From the NCBI RefSeq assembly GCF_000284115.1, contig NC_017080.1, positions 1,800,001-1,832,000 on the forward strand: 32,000 bases of DNA, written 5' to 3'. Positions 16,626-25,630 of the stretch are shown piece by piece (position 1 is the stretch's first letter; each line of letters opens with the position of its first letter). Made by a program: the position numbers and the translations under genes. The notes beneath the pieces were generated by a model that did not search any database, was not told where the DNA came from, and saw only the letters and a list, made by a program, of their open reading frames with translations. This DNA comes from Phycisphaera mikurensis NBRC 102666. GTDB lineage: Bacteria > Planctomycetota > Phycisphaerae > Phycisphaerales > Phycisphaeraceae.

Positions 16626-17720
16626 ATGAACCACGACAAGGCGTCGCTCGGGCTGGCGCTCCTGCTCGCGGCGGCGCCCGCCGCGGCCGACCTGGTGGTG
16701 ACCGAGGTCGACGGCCCGCCCACGGGCCCGCTCGTCCGGATCCAGCAGCTGGAGCGGGAAGAGACCGGCCCCACGAGCTTCCGCTACTACGCCCCGCGGC
16801 CGGCGTCTCCCACGAAGCGGGATCCGCTCGTCCACGACCCCCGCCCGCAGCGGGCTTTCGAGGAGGTGATGGCCGAGAACGAAGCCGCGTACTTCTACCG
16901 CGACCGCGACCTGGGCCAGACGTTCACCGTGGGGGACGAAGGCTTCCGCCTCGGGGCCATCACCGTCCGGCTGCAGCCGGTGGACGTCCGGGGCGGCGGC
17001 GATCCCGCGGGGGCCAAGGTCTCTCTGCAGCTGATGAAGGTCGCGGGCACGCCCCGCGTCCACGACAGCGGCACGCCGGCCGCGACGGACCGGCCCGCCT
17101 GGGCCACCTATGCCTTCCGCTGGCCATCCGACCCGGGCGATCGGAACGCGCCGGACCGCGCCGCCCTGATGGGCTACAGCGACGACGCGATCCTCGGGGA
17201 GCGCTTCGAGCACCTCCACCTCGCGTCCGGCGGCGTGGTGCCCGACGAGCTGGAGACCGACGACTACATGCGGTGGGACCTGACCGGCGAGAGCGAGATC
17301 TTCCTCGAAGCCGGAACCACCTACGCCTTCGTCCTCCTGTTCGACGAGCCGGCGCCCCAGGGAGTCGCCCGCAACATCCCGCTCTCGAACATGAACGTGC
17401 TGCCCGGCGGCAAGCTGGACGACGTCCTCCCGGGCGGTCACATGATCCGCCGCGAAGGGAGCGACACGACCCGCGAGAACGTCTTCGTCCGGGACCTCGA
17501 CCCCGAGGAACCGGGCCTCCAGGCGGATCCCGCCGACGTCGCCGCGGCGCGGGCGTCCGCCGAGTTCCCGCCCGCGATGAGCGAGCGCCTCGCCATCCAG
17601 CCCGGCACGCTCGGCTACCCCGACGTGGACACCTACCGCGACCTGTGGTTCGTGATGGAAGCGGCCGAGCCGGCGGCGTCAGCCCGACCCGCGGCCTCCG
17701 ATGGCCGCGCTTCGCACTGA
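16626..17720 (+). CDS. Secreted hypothetical protein (364 aa), no family recognised
   Basis: ATG at 16626 with signal peptide MNHDKASLGLALLLAAAPAAA. Codons are G/C-ending throughout. The upstream part of the listed 621-aa ORF runs through the tandem repeats and the terminator and is rejected. Confidence 0.75.
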   Translation: MNHDKASLGLALLLAAAPAAADLVVTEVDGPPTGPLVRIQQLEREETGPTSFRYYAPRPASPTKRDPLVHDPRPQRAFEEVMAENEAAYFYRDRDLGQTFTVGDEGFRLGAITVRLQPVDVRGGGDPAGAKVSLQLMKVAGTPRVHDSGTPAATDRPAWATYAFRWPSDPGDRNAPDRAALMGYSDDAILGERFEHLHLASGGVVPDELETDDYMRWDLTGESEIFLEAGTTYAFVLLFDEPAPQGVARNIPLSNMNVLPGGKLDDVLPGGHMIRREGSDTTRENVFVRDLDPEEPGLQADPADVAAARASAEFPPAMSERLAIQPGTLGYPDVDTYRDLWFVMEAAEPAASARPAASDGRASH

Positions 17721-18284
17721 CGCCACCGCCGCGATCCGCGGCTGGAGGCACGCGAGCATCCGGGCGTAAGCGCGCGGGAGCAGGTGGACCCCGTCGTCCT
17801 GGAACAGAGACCCGTCGAGCCGCCCGCCGGCGTGGAAGAGCGGGTTGAGGTCGACGAAGCCGCAGCGGTCCGCGGGGCGGAGCCGCCGCGCCACCGCCTC
17901 GTTGACCGCGTCGAGGTCGCCGAAGCGAGCGGACTGGTGGGCGCTGCGGATGACCGACCCGTAGAGGAGCCGCGTGTGCGGGCACGCGGCCAGCGCGTCG
18001 TCGAAGAGCCGATCGAGGTTGCTCAGCAGCCGCCCGACGCTGCGGCCGTTCGCCAGGTCGTTGCTGCCGACGTAGAGGCAGAGCACCGCGGGGCGGACCG
18101 CCCCGACGAGCGGGCCCAGCGTCGGCAGCCAGTCCGGCGTTTGCGTGCCGCAGACCGCTTGGTTGTCCACGCGTCGGTCCGGGCAGAGCCGGTCGCTGCG
18201 GGCGGCGGGATCCGTCGTCGCCCACTCGGCGAAGATCGAGCTGCCGGCGAGCAGCACGGGGGCCGGCACCGGCGGCGCCGGCAT
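17679..18284 (-). CDS. SGNH/GDSL-family hydrolase (201 aa)
   Basis: ATG at 18284 shares one base with the nuoN stop (TGATG). Block I 'LLAGSSIF', block III 'LYVGSNDL', block V 'DDGVHLLP' (Asp-x-x-His). The rest of the listed 733-aa ORF is an out-of-frame overlap with nuoN. Confidence 0.8.
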   Translation of the reverse strand: MPAPPVPAPVLLAGSSIFAEWATTDPAARSDRLCPDRRVDNQAVCGTQTPDWLPTLGPLVGAVRPAVLCLYVGSNDLANGRSVGRLLSNLDRLFDDALAACPHTRLLYGSVIRSAHQSARFGDLDAVNEAVARRLRPADRCGFVDLNPLFHAGGRLDGSLFQDDGVHLLPRAYARMLACLQPRIAAVASVRSAAIGGRGSG

Positions 18285-19948
18285 CACCCGGCGGGACCGG
18301 CGGGGGCCGCGGCGACGGCGGCGGCCTCGATCCGCGGCGACGCGTTCGCGTCGAAGGCGCGGTCGGCCGAGTCGAAGGCCCACGCGGCGAGGAAGGTCCC
18401 GCCGACGACCAGGCCCACGGCGGCGGCGATGGCGACGCCGCCGCGGAAGGGGGCGTACAGCAGCGGGCCGGCGTCTTCCGCGGCCCGATTGCCGGGGCGG
18501 CGGCCACCGAGCGCGGTGACGGCGATCCTCAGGTAATACACCGCGGAGATCGCCGAGTTGATGACCAGGGCGACCACCAGCGGCCAGAGGCCCATTTCCA
18601 TCACCGGCAGCGCGAGCACCACCTTGCCGACGAAGCCGATCAGCGGGGGAACGCCCATCAGCGAGAGCATCGACAGCAGCAGCGCGAGCCCGAGCACCGG
18701 GTGCCGGTGACGCAGGCCCGCCAGGTCGGTGTAGCCAGGCGAGGACTCCGCCTCCTCGGCGTCGGGGCCCTCGGAGGCGACCGAGGGGGTACGCAGCAGC
18801 CCGATGATCGCCATCGCCGTCACCGTCGCCAGGGCGTAAGAGAGCAGGTAGAAGAGCAGCCCGGCGAGGCCGTTGCCGGCACCGGCAACCGACAGCAGGC
18901 CCTCGTCGTCGGGGAGGGCGGTGGTGCCGGCAAGCACCGCCGGGCCCGCGAGGAGCCCGAGCACCAGGTAGCCGGAGTGGGCGACCGAGCTGTAGGCCAT
19001 CACCCGCTTGAGCTTCGTCTGCACGAGGGCCAGGACGTTGCCCAGCGTCATCGTGATCACCGCGATCACCGACAGCAGCACGACCAGCGGCACCGGCAGG
19101 GGCCAGCCGACGGTGCCGAGCACCAGCACCAGGGCGACGAAGCCGGCGGCCTTGGGCACCACCGCGAGGTAAGCGGCGACCGGCGTCGGAGCGCCCTCGT
19201 ACACGTCGGCGGCGTAGCCGTGCATCGGGAAGCAGGCCGTCTTGAAGCACAGACCGACGATCGCGAGCGCGAGCCCCGCGAGCATCAGCGGCGTCGGGCC
19301 GGTGGCGGCGACGGAGAGGCGGATCGCCTCGAGGTCGGTGAAGCCGGTGGCTCCGTACACCAGCGCGAACCCGTAGAGGAAGACCGCCGCCGACATCGCG
19401 CCCAGGAAGAAGTACTTCACGGCCGACTCGTGCGCGCCGGCGGTGGGCCGGGCGGTGGCGATCATCACGTAGGTCGGCAGCGAGACCAGCTCGAGCGCGA
19501 GGAAGAGCCACACCAGGTCGCCCGCCGCCGCCACCATGCCCAGCCCCGAGAGCGAGAGCAGGAAGAAGGCGTAGTACTCGCCCTTGATGGAGCGGCCCGG
19601 GTTGAAGCCGCCGGCCTCCGCGGGCGAGGCACCCGCGGGGGCCTCGCCCGAGGCGTGCCGCTCGGCGCGGTCGGGCAGGCCGATGCTCACGCCCAGCAGG
19701 CCCAGCCCGAGCGTGTACCCCAGCACCCGCACCCAGGTGGTGAGGCCGTCGTAGCCCATCGGGCTGGCCCCCGAACCGACCACGACGGCAACGATCAGGG
19801 CGGCGAGCAGCGAGATCGCCGCGACGCCCGGCGTCCAGCGGCGGGCGGTGGGGCTGGCGTGCAGCCCGGTCACCAGGCACGAAACGGCACCCATCAGCAG
19901 GACGATCTCGGGCCAGAGCGTGGCGATCTTGTCGGCGGTGGAGGTCAT
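18284..19948 (-). CDS. nuoN: NADH-quinone oxidoreductase subunit N
   Basis: ATG at 19948 (MTSTADKIATLWPEIVLL) overlaps the nuoM stop as ATGA. 'DLVWLFLALELVSLPTYVMIA' and the antiporter-like TM pattern are present. About 75-aa C-terminal extension with an extra hydrophobic segment. Confidence 0.92.
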   Translation of the reverse strand: MTSTADKIATLWPEIVLLMGAVSCLVTGLHASPTARRWTPGVAAISLLAALIVAVVVGSGASPMGYDGLTTWVRVLGYTLGLGLLGVSIGLPDRAERHASGEAPAGASPAEAGGFNPGRSIKGEYYAFFLLSLSGLGMVAAAGDLVWLFLALELVSLPTYVMIATARPTAGAHESAVKYFFLGAMSAAVFLYGFALVYGATGFTDLEAIRLSVAATGPTPLMLAGLALAIVGLCFKTACFPMHGYAADVYEGAPTPVAAYLAVVPKAAGFVALVLVLGTVGWPLPVPLVVLLSVIAVITMTLGNVLALVQTKLKRVMAYSSVAHSGYLVLGLLAGPAVLAGTTALPDDEGLLSVAGAGNGLAGLLFYLLSYALATVTAMAIIGLLRTPSVASEGPDAEEAESSPGYTDLAGLRHRHPVLGLALLLSMLSLMGVPPLIGFVGKVVLALPVMEMGLWPLVVALVINSAISAVYYLRIAVTALGGRRPGNRAAEDAGPLLYAPFRGGVAIAAAVGLVVGGTFLAAWAFDSADRAFDANASPRIEAAAVAAAPAGPAG

Positions 19949-21702
19949 CGGGTGGCTCCGCCTTGGGCGGGGGTCGCGGCCTCGGCGGCCGGGGCGGTGG
20001 CGGAAATCAGCAGCGTCTCTTCGCCGCGGACCGCGGGCGTTCCGGCGACCATCGCCGCGCGGTCCGCGGGCACGAAGCGGGCGATGGCCAGGTCGGCCTT
20101 GCCGAGGAAGGACTGCGGAAAGAAGCCCAGGAACACGCACAGGAACGCGAGCGGGGCGAGCATCACGACCTCGCGGGGGACCAGGTCGGCCGGGCGGGCG
20201 ACGCCCTCGGGCAGCTTCAAGGCGCCGAAACACAGCAGGGCGACCAGCCGCAGCAGGTACATCGCGGCGAGCACGACGCCCAGCGTCGCCAGCACCGCGA
20301 AGGGCCAGGCGATGCCACCGGCGCCGCCGGTGGAGTTGAACGCTCCAAGCAGCGTCATGAATTCGCCGACGAAGCCCGACAGCCCGGGAAGGCCGACGCT
20401 GGCCATCACGAAGAAGAGGAGAAAGGCCGACAGCACCGGCGTCGCCGAAACCAGGCCGCCCACGCGACGCAGGTCACGCGATCCGGTCCGCTGCTGGATC
20501 AGCCCGATGCACAGGAAGAGTCCCGCCGCCGCCGCCGCGTAGCCGGCGACGTAGAGCATCGCCCCCGCGGCCCCGGCCCGGTCGGCGTCGAGCGCGAAGA
20601 GGCCCAGCAGGGCGAAGCCCATGTGCGAGACCGACGCGTACGCCAGCACCCGCTTCGCGTCCCGCTGCACCCAGCCCACCAGGGCGGCGTAGAGGATGCC
20701 GGTGACCGCGAAAACCGCCAGCAGGTTGCCGTGCTCGCCGATCGCCAGCGGGCACAGCGGCAGCGCGAAGCGGAGCAGGGCGTAGGGGCCGAGCTTGAGC
20801 GCGAGGGCCGCCGCGTCGAGGGCACCGCTCTGCGGCGTCGCGGCCTGGATCGTCGGAAGCCAGCCGTGAAGCGGCCAGATCGGCGACTTGAGGGCGAAGC
20901 CGGCGAGGAAACCCAGCAGCATCACGCTCTGCTCGGTCGGGCTGCTGACCGAGCCCACGATGGCGAGGTGATCGAACTCGAAGCTCCAGCGGCCGGTGGC
21001 CGCGGCCGCCACGCTGGCGGCGTAGAGGATCGCCGCGAGCGCCAGCAGCGAGCCGCTGAAGTTGGTGAAGAAGTAGATCCTCGCCGCTCGGGCCCGCTCC
21101 TCCGCGGTGCCGGTGCCGAAGCTCTTGGTGAGGAAGAACGCCGGCAGCAGCGACAGCTCGAAACAGGTGTAGAAGAAGATCGCGTCGGTCGCGATCACGC
21201 ACCCGGTCAGGCTCGCCTGGAGGGCGAGCAGCCAGCCGTACCACGCCCGGGCCCCGCGGCGGCGGCCGGCGTCGGGCTCGCCCTCGACCGCGAGGACCGC
21301 GACCAGCGACAGCAGCGTCACCAGGAAAAGCAGCCAGGCCGAGAGCCCGTCGACCCCGTAGCCGAAGCCGAGCCCGATCGCCGGCAGCCACCCCACGACC
21401 GCGCCGAGCTGGTACCCGCCCCGATCGGCTTCCACGCCCGCCAGCACGACCGCCGCGAGCGCCACCGAGATCCCCGCGATGGCCGTGGCCAGCAGGCGGG
21501 CCCCGGCGGCGTGATGCCGGCCGAAGCCCAGCAGCATCGCCGTGGCGGCGAGCAGCGGGAGGAGCAGGAGCAGGGGGAGCAGGAGGGACAAGCGGGGTCT
21601 CGGGGGCGGCGTGGGGTCGGGGGCCGCGCGGAGCTGGTGGCGGCGTGAGGTCGGTCGCGGGTGAGCAGCGGGAGGGCGGTTCGCACGGCCGCGGACCGTC
21701 AT
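19945..21702 (-). CDS. nuoM: NADH-quinone oxidoreductase subunit M
   Basis: 'FFYTCFELSLLPAFFLTKSFGTG...RIYFFTNFSGSLLALAAILY' is typical of NuoM. ATG at 21702 lies 26 nt after the nuoL stop. An alternative TTG at 21591 would remove an Arg/Pro-rich 37-aa leader. Confidence 0.9.
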   Translation of the reverse strand: MTVRGRANRPPAAHPRPTSRRHQLRAAPDPTPPPRPRLSLLLPLLLLLPLLAATAMLLGFGRHHAAGARLLATAIAGISVALAAVVLAGVEADRGGYQLGAVVGWLPAIGLGFGYGVDGLSAWLLFLVTLLSLVAVLAVEGEPDAGRRRGARAWYGWLLALQASLTGCVIATDAIFFYTCFELSLLPAFFLTKSFGTGTAEERARAARIYFFTNFSGSLLALAAILYAASVAAAATGRWSFEFDHLAIVGSVSSPTEQSVMLLGFLAGFALKSPIWPLHGWLPTIQAATPQSGALDAAALALKLGPYALLRFALPLCPLAIGEHGNLLAVFAVTGILYAALVGWVQRDAKRVLAYASVSHMGFALLGLFALDADRAGAAGAMLYVAGYAAAAAGLFLCIGLIQQRTGSRDLRRVGGLVSATPVLSAFLLFFVMASVGLPGLSGFVGEFMTLLGAFNSTGGAGGIAWPFAVLATLGVVLAAMYLLRLVALLCFGALKLPEGVARPADLVPREVVMLAPLAFLCVFLGFFPQSFLGKADLAIARFVPADRAAMVAGTPAVRGEETLLISATAPAAEAATPAQGGATR

Positions 21703-21727
21703 GGGACCGGCCCGGACGGGCCGGGCG

Positions 21728-23914
21728 TCAGCCCGCGGCGGCGGTCTGCACGCCGGCGGGTTGGAGGTAGGCCGCCGCGAAGAGCAGGAGCAGCGCGAGG
21801 CCGGCGATGCCGGCGAGCATCAGCACCGCGTGGCCCTGCAGCCGGCCGCTCTGGGCCGGTTGCAGCGTGCGGCCGGTGGCCGAGGGCAGCAGCCCCAAAC
21901 CCGCGAAGAAGCCGCCCACGAGCAGGCCGTCGGCGGCGCTGAGCAGTTCGGCCATCAGCCGCAGCGGCGTCACGATCATCCGGTCGTACAGGCCGTCGAT
22001 CCGCCAGCCGTCGCGGAGGAAAGCGACGACGCCGGTGATCGAGCCGACCAGGCGGTCCCGCAGCCCCGGCTGGAACAGGTGGAAGACCGCCGCGAGCACG
22101 ACACCGAGCACCGCGAGCAGCGCCGCCATCGTCTTCACGGCCTTGTGCGCGTCCACGCCGAAGAGCGCCTGGTGGTGGAGGCCGTGCCCGCCACCCTCGG
22201 CGACGCCGTGAGCGGCCACCGACCCGGCGTGATCGGCCGCGTGCGGCTCGACCAGGGCGAGGTCGGCCGCCAGCTGCGCCACGTAGCCGGCGCCGACCAG
22301 GGCATCGAAGAGGAAGAAGCCCAGCAGGGTGGACCCCAGCGCGAGCAGCACCAGCGGGAGATTCATCGGCCACCAGGGCATCTCGTGCGGCCCGTGGCCG
22401 TGGGCGTCGTCGCCATCGCCATCGCCCACCGCGCCCGCGTGCGCCTCCGTCTGCGACACCGCCGCCGCGTGAGAGGCGTCGTCGTGGCCGTGGTCCGGCC
22501 CCATCTCGAAGCGCTCGGGTCCGCAGAAGACGCGGAACCACAGGCGGAAGGTGTAGAAGGCCGTCAGCCCGGCGGTGAAGAGCCCAACCCACGCCGCCGA
22601 GGTGTACACCCACCCCAGCCCGCGCCAATCGGCCACGCCCACGGCCATCGCGTCCCCGAGGATCTCGTCCTTGGAGAAGTAGCCGGCGGTGAGGAAGGGC
22701 ACGCCCGCGAGCGAGAGGCAGCCGACGAGCATGAGGGCCATCGTCACCGGCATCTTCCGCCGGAGGCCGCCCATCGTGCGGATGTCCAGCTGCCCGGCGA
22801 GGGCGTGCATCACGCTGCCGGCGGTGAGAAAGAGCAGCGCCTTGAAGAAGGCGTGGGTGAACAGGTGGGCCACGCCGCCCGCCGACATCGCCCCGACGCC
22901 GACGAACATGTAGCCCAGCTGCGAGACCGTCGAGTAGGCGAAGACGCCCTTCAAGTCGGTCGAGCACAGGGCGATCGTGGCCGCGAACAACGCGGTGAGC
23001 ACGCCGATCCCGGTCACGACCGCCAGCGCCGTTGGCGACAGCTGGAACACCGGCATCATCCGAGCGACCAGGTAGACACCCGCGGTGACCATCGTCGCCG
23101 CGTGGACGAGCGCCGAGACCGGCGTGGGGCCGGCCATCGCGTCGGGCAGCCACACAAACAGCGGCCCCTGCGCCGACTTGCCGAAGGCTCCAAGCATCAG
23201 CAGCAGCGGGATCCACGTGTGAACCGCCTCGCCCGAGCCCGCCGGGCCGACGTCCGCGAGCATCCCGCGGGCGGCGTCGAGCACGTTCAGCTCGCCGTGC
23301 AGCGACAGCGTGCCGTACTGCTGGTAGATCAGCATCAACGCGATCAGCAGGCAGAAGTCGCCGATCCGATTCACGATGAAGGCCTTCTTCGCCGCGGCGA
23401 CCGCGGTCGCGGTGGTGCGGTAGTGCCCGATCAGCAGGTAGCTGCACAAGCCCACGCCTTCCCAGCCCAGGAACAGCAGGACGAGGTTGTCCGCCATGAC
23501 CAGCGTGGTCATCGCGAAGAGGAACAGCGCGACCCCGGCAAAGAAGCGCGCGAAGCCGGGGTCTCCCCGCATGTAGCCGACGGCGTAGATCGCGATGAGC
23601 GAGCCCACGCCGGTGATGACGAAGAGCATCACCCGCGTGAGATCGTCGACGGCGTAGCCGAAGCCGACGCGGAGGTTTCCGCTCTCGAACCAGGTCCAGA
23701 GCGTCGTCAGGTCGGTCGCGCCCGCCCGGCCGCCGAGGCCGCCGAGCAGCGTGAAGGCGAAGCCGACCAGGATCGCCCCGGCGCAGATCCACCCGGCGAG
23801 GGGTTCGCCTCGGCGGGCCGCCGCCGCGTCGCTCCCGCCCCGGAAGGCGAGCGCGCCGCAGGCGATGGCGGCGAGCAAGGCGATCCAGGGGATGAGGGTG
23901 ACGAGCGCGGTCAT
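21728..23914 (-). CDS. nuoL: NADH-quinone oxidoreductase subunit L (728 aa)
   Basis: ATG at 23914 (MTALVTLIPWIALLAAI). 'LVLLFLGWEGVGLCSYLLIGHY' and the long amphipathic C-terminal region are present. His/Asp-rich segment 'HGHDDASH...DAHGHGPHEMPWW'. Confidence 0.93.
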   Translation of the reverse strand: MTALVTLIPWIALLAAIACGALAFRGGSDAAAARRGEPLAGWICAGAILVGFAFTLLGGLGGRAGATDLTTLWTWFESGNLRVGFGYAVDDLTRVMLFVITGVGSLIAIYAVGYMRGDPGFARFFAGVALFLFAMTTLVMADNLVLLFLGWEGVGLCSYLLIGHYRTTATAVAAAKKAFIVNRIGDFCLLIALMLIYQQYGTLSLHGELNVLDAARGMLADVGPAGSGEAVHTWIPLLLMLGAFGKSAQGPLFVWLPDAMAGPTPVSALVHAATMVTAGVYLVARMMPVFQLSPTALAVVTGIGVLTALFAATIALCSTDLKGVFAYSTVSQLGYMFVGVGAMSAGGVAHLFTHAFFKALLFLTAGSVMHALAGQLDIRTMGGLRRKMPVTMALMLVGCLSLAGVPFLTAGYFSKDEILGDAMAVGVADWRGLGWVYTSAAWVGLFTAGLTAFYTFRLWFRVFCGPERFEMGPDHGHDDASHAAAVSQTEAHAGAVGDGDGDDAHGHGPHEMPWWPMNLPLVLLALGSTLLGFFLFDALVGAGYVAQLAADLALVEPHAADHAGSVAAHGVAEGGGHGLHHQALFGVDAHKAVKTMAALLAVLGVVLAAVFHLFQPGLRDRLVGSITGVVAFLRDGWRIDGLYDRMIVTPLRLMAELLSAADGLLVGGFFAGLGLLPSATGRTLQPAQSGRLQGHAVLMLAGIAGLALLLLFAAAYLQPAGVQTAAAG

Positions 23915-23984
23915 GCGGGCGGGCGGGGGGCGGGTTCGGGAGCGGCGGCGGGGCGGGCGGAAGCGGGCGGCGAGCGGGCTCGGA

Positions 23985-24308
23985 TCAGCCGCGGAGCTGC
24001 GCCCAGGCGGAGGCGTCGAGCGTCTGCTTGCGGCGGAACAGCAGCACCACGAGGCCCAGCGCAAGCGCCGCCTCGGCCGCGGCCACCGTGAGCACGAAGA
24101 TCGTGAAGGTCTGCCCGCTGAGGTTCCCGTGGAAGCGGCTGAAGGCGACCAGCGAGACCACCACGCCCTGGAACATCATCTCGGTGCAGAGGAACATCAC
24201 GATGAGGTTCCGCCGCGTGAGGAAGCCCACCAGGCCCAGGCAGAACAGCACCGCCCCGGTCAGGAGGAAGTGGCTGAGGGTCAGCGTCGAGAGGGCGGCT
24301 TCGGGCAT
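23985..24308 (-). CDS. nuoK: NADH-quinone oxidoreductase subunit K
   Basis: 107 aa with three TM helices. 'NLIVMFLCTEMMFQGV...LTVAAAEAALALGLVV' is typical of NuoK. Confidence 0.93.
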   Translation of the reverse strand: MPEAALSTLTLSHFLLTGAVLFCLGLVGFLTRRNLIVMFLCTEMMFQGVVVSLVAFSRFHGNLSGQTFTIFVLTVAAAEAALALGLVVLLFRRKQTLDASAWAQLRG

Positions 24309-24355
24309 GGGGCTCCGCCGCGGCGAGCGGCGGCGGGTTCAGCGTTCGTGCGGGA

Positions 24356-25459
24356 TCAAGCGACCTGGACGACCTCGGCCCCGCCGATGCCGGCCTTCTC
24401 GGGGCCCTGCTCGATCGGTTCCGTGGGCTTGCGGCCTCGGCCGCGGGAGGGATCGTCCGCGTCGTCCTCGCGTGGGACCTGCGTGTTGGCGATGACGACC
24501 GCGCCCACGAGGCTCAGCAGCAGGATGACGCCCGCCAGCTCCACCGCGAGCGGGTTGGCCTGGAACAGATCGAGGCCGACGCGCTGCAGGTTGGTGACCG
24601 GGCCCGGCGCCTCGGCGAGAGCCTCCAGCGTGGGGGCGGGGTCCTCGGCATCCAGCGGCGGTGCCACCGCGCCGCTCACGACCAGCGCGGCATCGGGCAC
24701 GGCCACGGCGGCGCCGGCCGTGGTCGCCGGCGGCGGGCTGGCCTCCACCGGGATCACCGCCGTCACCGCCTCGCGCGTTGCGACCAGCCGGTCGATGCCC
24801 GCCTGGTTGTCCAGCAGCAGCGACACCTCCGCATCGCTCGCAGCGCGGGCGAGCGGGTTGGGCTCCTGCGGCTGGAAGATGAAGGAGAGCAGCACCGCCA
24901 GGAGCACGAATGCCGTCGCCACCGCCCAGAGCGGCTCACGCGCGTACTGCTCGTAGTCCGGCAGGTCGTCCGCGTCGTCGCCGGCCCGCGGCTCGGTCGC
25001 GAGCATGATCACGAACATGTAGGTCACGAGGATCGCCCCGCCGTAGATGATCACCATCGCGAACGCCATGAACTCCGCCGCGAGCACGAGGAACAGGCCC
25101 GAGGAGGCGATGACGACCATCACGAACCAGAGCGCCGAGTAGACCGGCCGCGGGTGGGTGATGACGCGGACCGCGGAGACGATGCCCAGGGCGCTGAAGA
25201 CGTAGTAGAAGACCAGGCCCGAGGCGCCGACCCCCGTGTCCGCGATGCCGTCGCCGCGGAGCAGCGGGCTGAGCAGGATCCAGGCGGCTCCGACCGACGC
25301 CACCCCGAGCAGCGCCCCGGCACCGGCGAGGTACTTCAACCGGAAGGGCGCATCCGCGGCGCGGCGCGGCATCAGGCAGAACAAAGCGACCGCCCCGAGG
25401 ACGGTCGCGAAGTAGAGCACCAGCTGCGTGGGGACGCCATCCATGAGCGGCGGGACCAT
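24356..25459 (-). CDS. nuoJ: NADH-quinone oxidoreductase subunit J, expanded form (about 367 aa)
   Basis: The canonical NuoJ core starts near 'LVFYYVFSALGIVSAVRVITHPRPVYSALWF...IIYGGAILVTYMFVIML'. Start at ATG 25459 (or ATG 25444). The rest of the listed 515-aa ORF upstream is Arg/Gly/Pro-rich and rejected. Confidence 0.88.
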   Translation of the reverse strand: MVPPLMDGVPTQLVLYFATVLGAVALFCLMPRRAADAPFRLKYLAGAGALLGVASVGAAWILLSPLLRGDGIADTGVGASGLVFYYVFSALGIVSAVRVITHPRPVYSALWFVMVVIASSGLFLVLAAEFMAFAMVIIYGGAILVTYMFVIMLATEPRAGDDADDLPDYEQYAREPLWAVATAFVLLAVLLSFIFQPQEPNPLARAASDAEVSLLLDNQAGIDRLVATREAVTAVIPVEASPPPATTAGAAVAVPDAALVVSGAVAPPLDAEDPAPTLEALAEAPGPVTNLQRVGLDLFQANPLAVELAGVILLLSLVGAVVIANTQVPREDDADDPSRGRGRKPTEPIEQGPEKAGIGGAEVVQVA

Positions 25460-25526
25460 AACCGGTTCCGCCCGCGGCGGGGAGAGCGGGAGGCGTCCGC
25501 GACGACCACTCGACGGCTGCGCGCAC

Positions 25527-25576
25527 GCCCGCGGACCGTGCCGGCAAAAGGCCCGTGCCCCGCACGGTCCGCGGGC
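25527..25576. promoter_or_regulatory. Perfect 15-bp inverted repeat with a 20-nt spacer in the nuoJ / small-gene divergent region
   Basis: GCCCGCGGACCGTGC (25527-25541) and GCACGGTCCGCGGGC (25562-25576) are exact reverse complements. The spacer is CGGCAAAAGGCCCGTGCCCC. Confidence 0.5.
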
Positions 25577-25630
25577 CCCGCCTCCCGGCGGCGGGCGCGT
25601 AGCCTCGCGGCCACCCGCTGCTCTGCCCGC

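Noticed and set aside
23917-23975. G-quadruplex-type G-tract cluster (GGGCGGGCGGGGGGCGGGTTCGGG...) in the nuoK-nuoL spacer, on the template strand
   Set aside because: It satisfies the G3+N1-7 pattern, but such runs are expected frequently at this GC content. Nothing else marks it as functional.
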